Origin: a phage
Direction: 5' to 3' (one strand)
Assembly (NCBI GenBank): GCA_024790105.1
Contig: GCA_024790105.1_3053.1
DNA length: 64,000 nucleotides
Shown: positions 48,596-59,031 of the stretch, piece by piece
Position numbering within the stretch: position 1 is the stretch's first letter
Layout: each line of letters opens with the position of its first letter
Program-made: the position numbers and the translations under genes
The notes under the pieces: model-generated
Seen by the model: only the letters and a program-made list of their open reading frames with translations
What the model was told of the DNA's origin: nothing
Databases searched by the model: none

Positions 48596-50309
48596 TAACC
48601 TTAATTGGTTTGTTGGTGTTGTTGAAGATAGAATGGACCCATTAAAATTAGGTCGTGTTCGTGTTCGTGTGGTTGGTCTGCATCCACCACAAAGAGCACA
48701 AGGTGATGTAATGGGTATTCCAACTGAAAAATTGCCATGGATGTCAGTTATTCAGCCTATAACTTCGGCAGCTATGTCTGGAATTGGAGGTTCCGTTACT
48801 GGACCGGTAGAAGGAACTAGAGTTTATGGTCATTTTTTGGACAAATGGAAAACTAACGGAATTGTCCTTGGCACGTATGGTGGAATAGTTCGCGAAAAAC
48901 CGAATAGACTTGAAGGATTTTCTGACCCAACTGGGCAGTATCCTAGACGTTTAGGAAATGATACTAACGTACTAAACCAAGGCGGAGAAGTAGGATATGA
49001 TTCATCTTCTAACATTATCCAAGATAGTAACTTAGACACTGCAATAAATCCTGATGATAGACCACTATCAGAGATTCCAACTGATGATAATCCAAATATG
49101 TCAATGGCTGAAATGCTTCGCCGTGATGAAGGATTAAGACTAAAAGTTTATTGGGATACCGAAGGATATCCGACAATTGGTATTGGTCATCTTATCATGA
49201 AGCAGCCAGTTCGTGATATGGCTCAAATTAATAAAGTTTTATCGAAACAAGTTGGTCGTGAAATTACTGGAAACCCAGGTTCTATTACAATGGAAGAAGC
49301 GGTAACTTTATTTGAACGCGATTTGGCTGATATGCAACGTGACATTAAATCACATTCTAAAGTAGGACCAGTCTGGCAAGCTGTCAACCGTTCTCGTCAA
49401 ATGGCATTAGAAAATATGGCATTTCAGATGGGTGTTGGCGGTGTAGCTAAATTTAACACAATGTTAACTGCTATGTTAGCAGGAGATTGGGAAAAAGCAT
49501 ATAAAGCTGGTCGTGATTCATTGTGGTATCAACAAACAAAAGGCCGTGCATCCCGTGTTACCATGATTATTCTTACGGGGAATTTGGAATCATATGGTGT
49601 TGAAGTGAAAACTCCAGCTAGGTCTTTGTCGGCAATGGCTGCTACTGTGGCGAAGTCTTCTGATCCAGCTGACCCTCCTATTCCAAATGACTCAAGAATT
49701 TTATTCAAAGAACCAGTTTCTTCATATAAAGGCGAATATCCTTATGTGCATACAATGGAAACTGAAAGTGGACATATTCAGGAATTTGATGATACCCCTG
49801 GGCAAGAACGATATAGATTAGTTCATCCAACTGGAACTTATGAAGAAGTATCACCGTCAGGGAGAAGAACAAGAAAAACTGTTGATAATTTGTATGATAT
49901 AACCAACGCTGATGGTAATTTTTTGGTAGCCGGTGATAAAAAGACTAACGTCGGTGGTTCAGAAATTTATTATAACATGGATAATCGTCTTCACCAAATA
50001 GATGGAAGCAATACAATATTTGTACGTGGCGATGAAACTAAGACGGTTGAAGGTAATGGAACTATCCTAGTTAAAGGTAATGTTACTATTGTAGTTGAAG
50101 GTAATGCTGACATTACAGTTAAAGGAGATGCTACTACTTTAGTTGAAGGAAATCAGACTAATACAGTAAATGGAAATCTTTCTTGGAAAGTTGCTGGGAC
50201 AGTTGATTGGGACGTTGGTGGTGATTGGACAGAAAAAATGGCATCTATGAGTTCTATTTCATCTGGTCAATACACAATTGATGGTAGCCGTATAGACGTA
50301 GGTTTATAA
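48579..50309 (+). CDS. 5: Baseplate hub / tail-associated lysozyme gp5
   Basis: MEMISNNLNWFVGVVED N-terminus, internal lysozyme domain (DEGLRLKVYWDTEGYPTIGIGHL), C-terminal VxGxxxxx beta-helix repeats; matches T4 gp5 as recalled. Confidence 0.95.
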   Translation: MEMISNNLNWFVGVVEDRMDPLKLGRVRVRVVGLHPPQRAQGDVMGIPTEKLPWMSVIQPITSAAMSGIGGSVTGPVEGTRVYGHFLDKWKTNGIVLGTYGGIVREKPNRLEGFSDPTGQYPRRLGNDTNVLNQGGEVGYDSSSNIIQDSNLDTAINPDDRPLSEIPTDDNPNMSMAEMLRRDEGLRLKVYWDTEGYPTIGIGHLIMKQPVRDMAQINKVLSKQVGREITGNPGSITMEEAVTLFERDLADMQRDIKSHSKVGPVWQAVNRSRQMALENMAFQMGVGGVAKFNTMLTAMLAGDWEKAYKAGRDSLWYQQTKGRASRVTMIILTGNLESYGVEVKTPARSLSAMAATVAKSSDPADPPIPNDSRILFKEPVSSYKGEYPYVHTMETESGHIQEFDDTPGQERYRLVHPTGTYEEVSPSGRRTRKTVDNLYDITNADGNFLVAGDKKTNVGGSEIYYNMDNRLHQIDGSNTIFVRGDETKTVEGNGTILVKGNVTIVVEGNADITVKGDATTLVEGNQTNTVNGNLSWKVAGTVDWDVGGDWTEKMASMSSISSGQYTIDGSRIDVGL

Positions 50310-50328
50310 ATAATTCCAGAGGTGAATT

Positions 50329-51195
50329 ATGAAAAAATCTAACACAGTTCAATTTAGATACATATATAAAACAACCGTTACTAATCCGAAAGGATTAGTA
50401 CGTGTTTATATTGGTAAACATGAATCTAGATATTTTGATTTAGAAAATGATAAGTATAGAGGTTCCGGTGATTATATTAAAAAGATACGTAATAAACCTG
50501 GTTATAAAATAGATTTTGAAATAATTGAATTTGTTTCTACTTATGAAATTCTCAATTCAAGAGAAAGATATTGGATTTCGAAATATAAATCATCTGATAT
50601 TCTATGTACCAATATAAAATCCGGCGGTGATGGTTTTTCATCCGAAGATTTGAAGAGAATGTGGTCTAATCCTGAATATAGGAAAGCTCAATTGAAGGCA
50701 TTAGCTAAATCAACGTCAACTAAAGAATTTTCAGAGAAAATATCTAAAATAAACAAAGAAAGATGCGCATCGCCAGAATATCGAAAGAAAATGAGTAATG
50801 CGATGAAAACTGCTTTTGAAAATGATCCAACATTAAAAATTCGTATTTCTAATACCGTTAAATCTTTATGGAAATCCGATGAATATAGAAACAAATTAAT
50901 TAATCATCCAGGAAAAATAGAAGGAACGAAACAATCATGGAATGATCCTTTGATAAGAAAATCGAGATTAGATGCTAGAAATAAAAAACTAAGATCAGTT
51001 GAACCTTGGATTAGTATAGAAAAAGTCAAAAAACTTTGGGAGGATTTGGGAAAACCACATCCACAGAAATACAAATGGTTTAGAGAAAAAGCAATTGAAC
51101 ACGACCTCCCGGATGTAAGTTATAACGCAATTTTAAAAGCGTTGAAAAAATGTGATTATAAATTTACATCATTAGAGAATTCAACAATTGGCTAA
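50329..51195 (+). CDS. Seg-like GIY-YIG homing endonuclease
   Basis: N-terminal RYIYKTT...VRVYIGK motif; C-terminal NUMOD-like repeats (KISKINKER, KIRISNTVK). Confidence 0.65.
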   Translation: MKKSNTVQFRYIYKTTVTNPKGLVRVYIGKHESRYFDLENDKYRGSGDYIKKIRNKPGYKIDFEIIEFVSTYEILNSRERYWISKYKSSDILCTNIKSGGDGFSSEDLKRMWSNPEYRKAQLKALAKSTSTKEFSEKISKINKERCASPEYRKKMSNAMKTAFENDPTLKIRISNTVKSLWKSDEYRNKLINHPGKIEGTKQSWNDPLIRKSRLDARNKKLRSVEPWISIEKVKKLWEDLGKPHPQKYKWFREKAIEHDLPDVSYNAILKALKKCDYKFTSLENSTIG

Positions 51196-51724
51196 CATAC
51201 TTCCAATGAGCGCTGATTTAGGAGAATCCATGGAAGGTTCTTCTATCGACGTCACCTTTACCGCTCAATTAGAAACAGGTGAAACGTTAGTATCTATAAA
51301 TATAACTAGTTACGAAGAAACTCCTGGGGTTTTAGTAGAAGAAAATCGTTTATATGGAACGTATGAATCTGTATTTGGATTTGGAAATGACGCGTTGAAA
51401 TATCGTTTAGGCGATGAATTTAAAACTGCTGCTTCATGGGAAGAACTTCCTACTGATTCTGACACTCAGTTGTATTTGTGGAAAGCTCCTCAAAATCTCC
51501 AGAAGACATTCACTTACGAAGTAACATTAATATATGACTACCAAGAACAAAGTGAATCTGGAGGTTCTGGCAGTAATTCTAGGTCATCTTCTGATACTAC
51601 TGAACCGACAGATCCTCCTACTCCAGTAAGAAAAACTCTCGTTAAAAATTATACTAAAACTATAGTTGGAAATTGGAGTCGTTGGGCTAATAAATTAAGA
51701 AGCTATGTGTATGAGAGGTCATAG
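51188..51724 (+). CDS. Hypothetical baseplate-region protein (T4 5.1-like position)
   Basis: 178-aa ORF between seg-like gene and 5.4. Confidence 0.45.
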   Translation: MANILPMSADLGESMEGSSIDVTFTAQLETGETLVSINITSYEETPGVLVEENRLYGTYESVFGFGNDALKYRLGDEFKTAASWEELPTDSDTQLYLWKAPQNLQKTFTYEVTLIYDYQEQSESGGSGSNSRSSSDTTEPTDPPTPVRKTLVKNYTKTIVGNWSRWANKLRSYVYERS

Positions 51725-52018
51725 ATGTCAGGATTAAGTTATGATAAGTGTGTTACTGCTGGCCATGAAGCGTGGCCTCCAACAGTTGTGAATGCTACAC
51801 AAAGTAAAGTATTCACTGGAGGAATTGCTGTTCTAATAGCAGGCGATCCAATTACAGAACATACAGAAATCAAAAAGCCATATGAAACACATGGCGGAGT
51901 GACACAACCCAGAACTTCTAAGGTATATGTCACTGGAAAGAAAGCTGTTCAAATGGCTGATCCAATATCATGCGGTGATACTGTGGCTCAGGCATCATCT
52001 AAAGTATTCATTAAATAG
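51725..52018 (+). CDS. 5.4: PAAR-repeat spike tip protein gp5.4
   Basis: 97 aa, conserved position before gene 6; Gly/Thr-rich PAAR-like fold. Confidence 0.75.
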   Translation: MSGLSYDKCVTAGHEAWPPTVVNATQSKVFTGGIAVLIAGDPITEHTEIKKPYETHGGVTQPRTSKVYVTGKKAVQMADPISCGDTVAQASSKVFIK

Positions 52019-52026
52019 GATTTAAA

Positions 52027-54009
52027 ATGGCAAATACCCCTGTAAATTATCAATTAACAAGAACAGCAAATGCTATTCCCGAGATATTCGTCGGGGGTAC
52101 GTTTGCTGAAATAAAACAAAACCTCATTGAATGGCTTAATGGCCAAAATGAATTTTTGGATTATGATTTTGAAGGCTCAAGATTAAACGTTCTGTGCGAC
52201 CTTTTAGCTTATAATACATTGTACATTCAGCAGTTTGGTAATGCTGCTGTATATGAAAGCTTCATGCGTACTGCTAACTTACGAAGTTCAGTTGTTCAGG
52301 CTGCACAAGATAACGGATATTTACCTACTTCAAAATCCGCTGCGCAGACCGAAATTATGTTAACATGCACCGACGCATTGAATAGGAATTACATTACTAT
52401 TCCTCGCGGAACTCGCTTTTTAGCATATGCAAAAGATACTTCTGTTAATCCATATAACTTCGTTTCTACCGAAGACGTTATTGCTATTCGTGATAAAAAT
52501 AACCAATATTTTCCACGATTAAAATTAGCTCAAGGACGTATAGTAAGAACTGAAATCATTTATGATAAATTAACACCTATTATCATTTATGACAAAAACA
52601 TAGATAGAAACCAAGTTAAACTATACGTTGATGGAGCAGAATGGATTAACTGGACAAGAAAGTCAATGGTTCATGCTGGTTCTACATCAACAATTTACTA
52701 CATGCGTGAAACTATTGATGGAAACACTGAATTCTATTTTGGCGAAGGTGAAATTTCTGTTAATGCGGCAGAAGGAGCTCTAACTGCTAACTATATTGGA
52801 GGTCTTAAACCTACCCAGAACTCTACGATTGTTATTGAGTACATCAGTACTAACGGTGCAGATGCGAATGGTGCAGTCGGATTTTCATACGCAGATACAT
52901 TAACAAATATAACTGTCATCAATATTAACGAAAATCCAAATGATGACCCAGATTTTGTTGGGGCAGATGGCGGTGGCGATCCAGAAGATATTGAGCGTAT
53001 TCGCGAATTGGGTACTATTAAACGCGAAACCCAGCAACGCTGCGTAACTGCGACCGACTATGATACATTCGTTTCAGAGAGATTTGGTTCTATTATTCAA
53101 GCTGTGCAGACTTTCACCGATTCTACTAAACCTGGGTATGCATTTATTGCTGCTAAACCTAAATCAGGACTATATTTAACTACTGTGCAACGTGAAGATA
53201 TTAAAAATTATCTCAAAGACTATAATTTAGCGCCTATTACACCGTCAATTATTTCTCCTAATTATCTTTTTATTAAGACTAATTTAAAAGTCACATATGC
53301 TTTAAATAAACTACAAGAATCCGAACAGTGGCTTGAAGGTCAAATAATTGATAAAATTGATCGCTATTATACCGAAGATGTAGAAATTTTTAACTCATCT
53401 TTTGCCAAGTCTAAGATGTTAACTTACGTAGATGATGCAGATCATTCTATCATTGGTTCATCAGCGACTATTCAAATTGTTCGTGAAGTACAAAACTTCT
53501 ATAAAACGCCTGAAGCAGGTATTAAATACAATAATCAAATAAAAGATCGTTCTATGGAATCTAATACGTTTTCATTTAATTCTGGACGAAAGGTTGTAAA
53601 TCCTGATACTGGTTTAGAAGAAGATGTATTATATGACGTTCGTATAGTATCAACAGACCGAGATTCTAAAGGAATTGGTAAAGTTATTATTGGTCCATTT
53701 GCTTCTGGCGATGTTACAGAAAATGAAAACATTCAGCCGTATACAGGCAACGATTTTAACAAATTAGCAAATTCTGATGGACGCGACAAATACTATGTTA
53801 TCGGTGAAATAAATTATCCAGCTGACATGATTTATTGGAATATCGCTAAAATTAATTTAACATCTGAAAAATTTGAAGTTCAGACTATTGAATTATATTC
53901 TGACCCAACCGATGATGTTATCTTTACTCGCGATGGTTCACTGATTGTATTTGAAAATGACTTACGTCCACAATACTTAACTATCGATTTGGAGCCTATA
54001 TCACAATGA
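52027..54009 (+). CDS. 6: Baseplate wedge protein gp6
   Basis: 660 aa, T4 gp6 length; synteny. Confidence 0.9.
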   Translation: MANTPVNYQLTRTANAIPEIFVGGTFAEIKQNLIEWLNGQNEFLDYDFEGSRLNVLCDLLAYNTLYIQQFGNAAVYESFMRTANLRSSVVQAAQDNGYLPTSKSAAQTEIMLTCTDALNRNYITIPRGTRFLAYAKDTSVNPYNFVSTEDVIAIRDKNNQYFPRLKLAQGRIVRTEIIYDKLTPIIIYDKNIDRNQVKLYVDGAEWINWTRKSMVHAGSTSTIYYMRETIDGNTEFYFGEGEISVNAAEGALTANYIGGLKPTQNSTIVIEYISTNGADANGAVGFSYADTLTNITVININENPNDDPDFVGADGGGDPEDIERIRELGTIKRETQQRCVTATDYDTFVSERFGSIIQAVQTFTDSTKPGYAFIAAKPKSGLYLTTVQREDIKNYLKDYNLAPITPSIISPNYLFIKTNLKVTYALNKLQESEQWLEGQIIDKIDRYYTEDVEIFNSSFAKSKMLTYVDDADHSIIGSSATIQIVREVQNFYKTPEAGIKYNNQIKDRSMESNTFSFNSGRKVVNPDTGLEEDVLYDVRIVSTDRDSKGIGKVIIGPFASGDVTENENIQPYTGNDFNKLANSDGRDKYYVIGEINYPADMIYWNIAKINLTSEKFEVQTIELYSDPTDDVIFTRDGSLIVFENDLRPQYLTIDLEPISQ

Positions 54010-57000
54010 CAGTAAAAGCACCTTCAGTCACTAGTCTCAGAATTTCCAAGTTATCCGCTAATCAGGTGCAAGTACGCTGGGATGACGTTGGTGCTAATTT
54101 CTACTATTTTGTAGAAATCGCTGAGACAAAATCAAACTCGGGAAAAAATCTCCCGAGTAATCAATATCGTTGGATTAATTTAGGATATACAGCAAATAAT
54201 AGTTTCTTTTTTGATGATGCTGATCCATTGACATCATATGTTATTAGAGTAGCTACAGCTGCACAAGATTTTGAGCAGTCTGATTGGATTTATACCGAAG
54301 AGTTTGAAACTTTTGCTACAAATGCTTATACATTTCAAAACATGATTGAAATGCAATTAGCCAATAAATTCATTCAGGAAAAATTTACTCTTAATAATTC
54401 TGATTATGTTAATTTCAATAATGACACAATAATGGCTGCGTTGATGAATGAATCATTTCAGTTCAGCCCATCGTATGCTGATGTCTCATCAATCAGTAAT
54501 TTTATTATTGGTGAAAATGAGTATCATGAAATACAAGGTTCTATTCAGCAAGTATGTAAGGATATTAACCGAGTTTATTTGATGGAATCAGAAGGGATTC
54601 TATATCTTTTTGAGCGTTATCAACCCGTAGTTAAAGTATCAAATGATAAAGGACAAACTTGGAAAGCTGTAAAGCTCTTCAATGACCGTGTAGGATATCC
54701 TTTATCTAAGACTGTATATTACCAATCTGCAAACACAACATACGTTCTAGGATACGACAAGATTTTCTATGGCCGTAAATCGACTGACGTTAGATGGTCA
54801 GCAGATGATGTCAGATTCAGTTCACAGGATATAACATTTGCTAAATTAGGAGACCAACTTCATTTAGGATTCGATGTTGAAATCTTCGCTACTTATGCTA
54901 CTTTACCAGCGAATGTATACCGTATAGCTGAGGCTATTACTTGCACAGATGATTATATTTACGTTGTCGCCAGAGACAAAGTTAGATACATAAAAACGAG
55001 TAATGCACCTATAGATTCTGATCCATTATCTCCAACATATTCGGAAAGACTTTTTGAACCTGATACCATGACTATAACCGGAAATCCTAAAGCAGTATGC
55101 TATAAAATGGATTCTATCGGTGATAAAGTTTTTGCTCTTATTATTGGTGAAGTTGAAACATTAAATGCTAATCCTAGAACATCAAAAATAATTGATTCCG
55201 CTGATAAAGGAATATATGTTTTAAATCATGACAAAAAAACATGGAAAAGAGTTTTTGGCAACACTGAAGAAGAAAGAAGACGTATTCAACCAGGGTACGC
55301 TAATATGTCAACTGATGGTAAATTAGTTTATCTGTCTTCGAGTAATTTTAAATTTTTAAGTGATAATGTTGTTAATGACCCTGAAACTGCAGCAAAATAT
55401 CAGTTAATTGGTGCTGTTAAATATGAATTTCCTCGCGAATGGTTAGCTGATAAACATTATCATATGATGGCGTTTATAGCGGATGAAAAATCTGACTGGG
55501 AGACTTTTACTCCTCAACCGATGAAATACTACGCAGAACCGTTCTTTAACTGGTCTAAAAAATCTAACACACGTTGTTGGATAAACAACTCCGATAGGGT
55601 TGTAGTAGTTTATGCTGATTTAAAATATACTAAAGTTATTGAAAATTTTCCGGAAACATCACCAGATAGATTAGTTCATGAATACTGGGATGACGGCGAT
55701 TGCACTATAGTAATGCCAAATGTTAAATTCACTGGATTTAAAAAATACGCATCTGGGATGCTTTTCTATAAAGCCTCCGGTGAAATAATTTCTTACTATG
55801 ATTTTAGCTATCGTGTGAGAGATACAGTAGAAATTATTTGGAAGCCAACTGAAGTATTTTTAAAAGCATTTTTACAAAACCAAGAGCATGAAACTCCTTG
55901 GTCGCCTGAAGAAGAGCGTGGATTGGCTGACCCTGATTTAAGACCATTGATTGGCACAATGATGCCTGATTCTTATTTGTTACAGGATTCGAATTTTGAG
56001 GCATTTTGCGAAGCATATATTCAATATCTTTCTGATGGATATGGAACTCAGTATAACAATTTACGAAATTTAATTCGTAACAAATATCCACGAGAAGAGC
56101 ATGCGTGGGAATATTTGTGGTCAGAGATATATAAAAGAAACATTTATTTAAATGCTGACAAACGTGATGCTGTTGCGAGATTCTTTGAATCACGTAGCTA
56201 TGATTTTTATTCTACTAAAGGAATTGAAGCATCATACAAGTTTCTTTTTAAAGTTCTTTATAATGAAGAAGTTGAAATTGAAATTGAATCTGGGGCTGGT
56301 ACTGAATATGACATAATCGTTCAATCTGATTCTTTGACTGAAGATTTAGTAGGACAAACGATTTATACAGCCACAGGAAGATGTAATGTTACTTATATAG
56401 AAAGAAGCTATTCTAATGGTAAATTGCAATGGACCGTAACTATTCATAATCTTTTGGGAAGATTAATTGCTGGTCAAGAAGTTAAAGCAGAAAGACTCCC
56501 TAGTTTTGAAGGCGAAATTATTCGTGGAGTTAAAGGAAAGGATTTGCTTCAAAACAATATAGACTATATTAATAGAAGTAGATCATACTATGTAATGAAA
56601 ATTAAATCCAATTTACCTTCTTCCCGCTGGAAATCTGACGTTATTCGTTTTGTTCATCCAGTAGGATTTGGATTTATAGCAATTACCCTTTTAACGATGT
56701 TTATTAATGTTGGTTTAACTCTTAAACATACAGAGACTATAATTAATAAATACAAAAATTATAAATGGGATTCTGGATTGCCTACTGAATATGCCGATAG
56801 AGTAGCTAAATTGACTCCAACTGGTGAAATTGAGCATGATTCAGTAACAGGCGAAGCAATTTATGAGCCTGGCCCAATGGCTGGTGTAAAATATCCTCTT
56901 CCTGATGACTATAATGCTGAAAATAATAATTCAATGTTTCAAGGTCAATTGCCGTCTGAACGACGTAAATTAATGAGTCCTCTATTTGACGCATCTGGAA

Positions 57001-57104
57001 CAACATTTGCGCAATTTAGAGATTTAGTTAATAAACGTCTAAAAGATAATATAGGAAATCCAAGAGACCCTGAAAATCCAACACAGGTTAAAATAGATGA
57101 ATGA
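54006..57104 (+). CDS. 7: Baseplate wedge protein gp7
   Basis: 1032 aa, T4 gp7 length; synteny. Confidence 0.9.
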   Translation: MTVKAPSVTSLRISKLSANQVQVRWDDVGANFYYFVEIAETKSNSGKNLPSNQYRWINLGYTANNSFFFDDADPLTSYVIRVATAAQDFEQSDWIYTEEFETFATNAYTFQNMIEMQLANKFIQEKFTLNNSDYVNFNNDTIMAALMNESFQFSPSYADVSSISNFIIGENEYHEIQGSIQQVCKDINRVYLMESEGILYLFERYQPVVKVSNDKGQTWKAVKLFNDRVGYPLSKTVYYQSANTTYVLGYDKIFYGRKSTDVRWSADDVRFSSQDITFAKLGDQLHLGFDVEIFATYATLPANVYRIAEAITCTDDYIYVVARDKVRYIKTSNAPIDSDPLSPTYSERLFEPDTMTITGNPKAVCYKMDSIGDKVFALIIGEVETLNANPRTSKIIDSADKGIYVLNHDKKTWKRVFGNTEEERRRIQPGYANMSTDGKLVYLSSSNFKFLSDNVVNDPETAAKYQLIGAVKYEFPREWLADKHYHMMAFIADEKSDWETFTPQPMKYYAEPFFNWSKKSNTRCWINNSDRVVVVYADLKYTKVIENFPETSPDRLVHEYWDDGDCTIVMPNVKFTGFKKYASGMLFYKASGEIISYYDFSYRVRDTVEIIWKPTEVFLKAFLQNQEHETPWSPEEERGLADPDLRPLIGTMMPDSYLLQDSNFEAFCEAYIQYLSDGYGTQYNNLRNLIRNKYPREEHAWEYLWSEIYKRNIYLNADKRDAVARFFESRSYDFYSTKGIEASYKFLFKVLYNEEVEIEIESGAGTEYDIIVQSDSLTEDLVGQTIYTATGRCNVTYIERSYSNGKLQWTVTIHNLLGRLIAGQEVKAERLPSFEGEIIRGVKGKDLLQNNIDYINRSRSYYVMKIKSNLPSSRWKSDVIRFVHPVGFGFIAITLLTMFINVGLTLKHTETIINKYKNYKWDSGLPTEYADRVAKLTPTGEIEHDSVTGEAIYEPGPMAGVKYPLPDDYNAENNNSMFQGQLPSERRKLMSPLFDASGTTFAQFRDLVNKRLKDNIGNPRDPENPTQVKIDE

Positions 57105-58101
57105 TTCAAGTGTTATCTATCGTGCGATAGTTACTTCAAAATTTAGAACAGAAAAAATGTTGAATTTTTATAATTCAATTGGAAGTGGTCCGGATAAAAA
57201 CACTATCTTTATCACATTTGGAAGATCAGAACCGTGGTCATCAAATGAAAATGAGGTGGGCTTTGCCCCACCTTATCCTACCGATTCTGTATTAGGTGTA
57301 ACTGACATGTGGACTCATATGATGGGAACAGTAAAAGTTCTTCCATCAATGCTTGATGCTGTTATTCCTCGCAGAGATTGGGGAGATACTAGATATCCGG
57401 ATCCATACACATTTAGAATTAACGATATTGTAGTGTGTAACTCAGCTCCTTACAACGCTACTGAATCAGGCGCAGGCTGGTTAGTATATCGTTGTTTAGA
57501 TGTTCCTGATACCGGAATGTGTTCAATCGCATCTTTAACTGATAAGGATGAATGCCTCAAATTAGGTGGAAAATGGACTCCTTCTGCTAAGTCAATGACT
57601 CCGCCTGAAGGCCGAGGAGATGCTGAAGGAACAATTGAACCTGGAGACGGATATGTTTGGGAATATCTATTTGAGATTCCGCCTGATGTATCTATAAATA
57701 GATGCACAAATGAATATATCGTGGTTCCTTGGCCTGAGGAATTAAAAGAAGACCCGACTAGATGGGGGTATGAAGATAATCTCACTTGGCAACAAGATGA
57801 TTTTGGATTAATTTACCGTGTTAAGGCAAATACTATCCGTTTTAAAGCATATTTAGATTCAGTTTACTTTCCTGATGCTGCATTACCAGGAAATAAAGGA
57901 TTTAGACAAATATCAATAATCACCAATCCTCTTGAAGCTAAAGTTCATCCAAATGACCCAAACGTTAAAGCTGAAAAGGATTATTATGATCCGGAAGATT
58001 TAATGAGGCATTCGGGCGAAATGATTTATATGGAAAATAGGCCACCTATTATCATGGCAATGGATCAAACAGAAGAAATCAATATTCTGTTTACATTTTA
58101 A
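57097..58101 (+). CDS. 8: Baseplate wedge protein gp8
   Basis: 334 aa, T4 gp8 length; synteny. Confidence 0.9.
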   Translation: MNDSSVIYRAIVTSKFRTEKMLNFYNSIGSGPDKNTIFITFGRSEPWSSNENEVGFAPPYPTDSVLGVTDMWTHMMGTVKVLPSMLDAVIPRRDWGDTRYPDPYTFRINDIVVCNSAPYNATESGAGWLVYRCLDVPDTGMCSIASLTDKDECLKLGGKWTPSAKSMTPPEGRGDAEGTIEPGDGYVWEYLFEIPPDVSINRCTNEYIVVPWPEELKEDPTRWGYEDNLTWQQDDFGLIYRVKANTIRFKAYLDSVYFPDAALPGNKGFRQISIITNPLEAKVHPNDPNVKAEKDYYDPEDLMRHSGEMIYMENRPPIIMAMDQTEEINILFTF

Positions 58102-58106
58102 CTTAA

Positions 58107-58130
58107 GGGAGCCCATGGGCTCCCTTTTTC
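58107..58130 (+). terminator. Rho-independent terminator after gene 8
   Basis: GGGAGCCCATGGGCTCCC hairpin followed by TTTTTCTTT. Confidence 0.6.
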
Positions 58131-58132
58131 TT

Positions 58133-58140
58133 TATAAATA
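58133..58140 (+). promoter_or_regulatory. T4 late promoter TATAAATA for gene 9
   Basis: Exact TATAAATA 25 nt upstream of gene 9 start. Confidence 0.6.
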
Positions 58141-58164
58141 CTATAAACTCATAAGGAAACCGCT

Positions 58165-59031
58165 ATGTTCATTCAAGAACCAAAGAAATTGATTGATACC
58201 GGCGAAATTGGTAACGCTTCTACTGGTGATATCTTATTCGACGGTGGTAATAAAATTAATAGTGATTTTAACGCAATTTATAATGCGTTTGGCGATCAAC
58301 GTAAAATGGCAGTAGCAAATGGCACTGGAGCAGATGGCCAAATTATTCATGCTACTGGATATTATCAAAAACACTCTATTGCGGAGTACGCAACTCCAGT
58401 AAAAGTTGGCACTAGGCATGATATTGATACCTCTACTGTAGGTGTTAAAGTTATCATTGAAAGAGGCGAACTTGGTGACTGCGTTGAATTTATTAACTCA
58501 AATGGATCTATATCAGTTACTAATCCTTTAACGATTCAAGCAATTGATTCAATTAAAGGTGTTTCAGGCAATTTAGTAGTAACTAGCCCATATAGTAAAG
58601 TAACTTTACGCTGTATTTCATCTGATAATTCTACATCTGTTTGGAATTATTCTATTGAAAGTATGTTTGGACAAAAGGAATCACCAGCTGAAGGTACATG
58701 GAATATTTCTACATCCGGATCAGTTGATATTCCATTATTTCATCGTACTGAATACAATATGGCTAAATTGCTAGTTACATGCCAGTCAGTAGATGGAAGA
58801 AAAATTAAAACAGCAGAAATAAATATTCTTGTGGATACTGTTAATTCAGAGGTAATTTCTTCTGAATATGCTGTCATGCGGGTTGGAAATGAAACCGAAG
58901 AAGACGAAATCGCTAATATTGCATTTAGTATTAAAGAAAATTATGTAACGGCGACTATAAGTTCTTCTACTATTGGCATGAGAGCAGCAGTTAAAGTTAT
59001 CGCTACGCAGAAAATCGGGGTGGCTCAATAA
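58165..59031 (+). CDS. 9: Baseplate protein gp9 (long tail fibre socket)
   Basis: 288 aa, T4 gp9 length; synteny. Confidence 0.9.
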   Translation: MFIQEPKKLIDTGEIGNASTGDILFDGGNKINSDFNAIYNAFGDQRKMAVANGTGADGQIIHATGYYQKHSIAEYATPVKVGTRHDIDTSTVGVKVIIERGELGDCVEFINSNGSISVTNPLTIQAIDSIKGVSGNLVVTSPYSKVTLRCISSDNSTSVWNYSIESMFGQKESPAEGTWNISTSGSVDIPLFHRTEYNMAKLLVTCQSVDGRKIKTAEINILVDTVNSEVISSEYAVMRVGNETEEDEIANIAFSIKENYVTATISSSTIGMRAAVKVIATQKIGVAQ

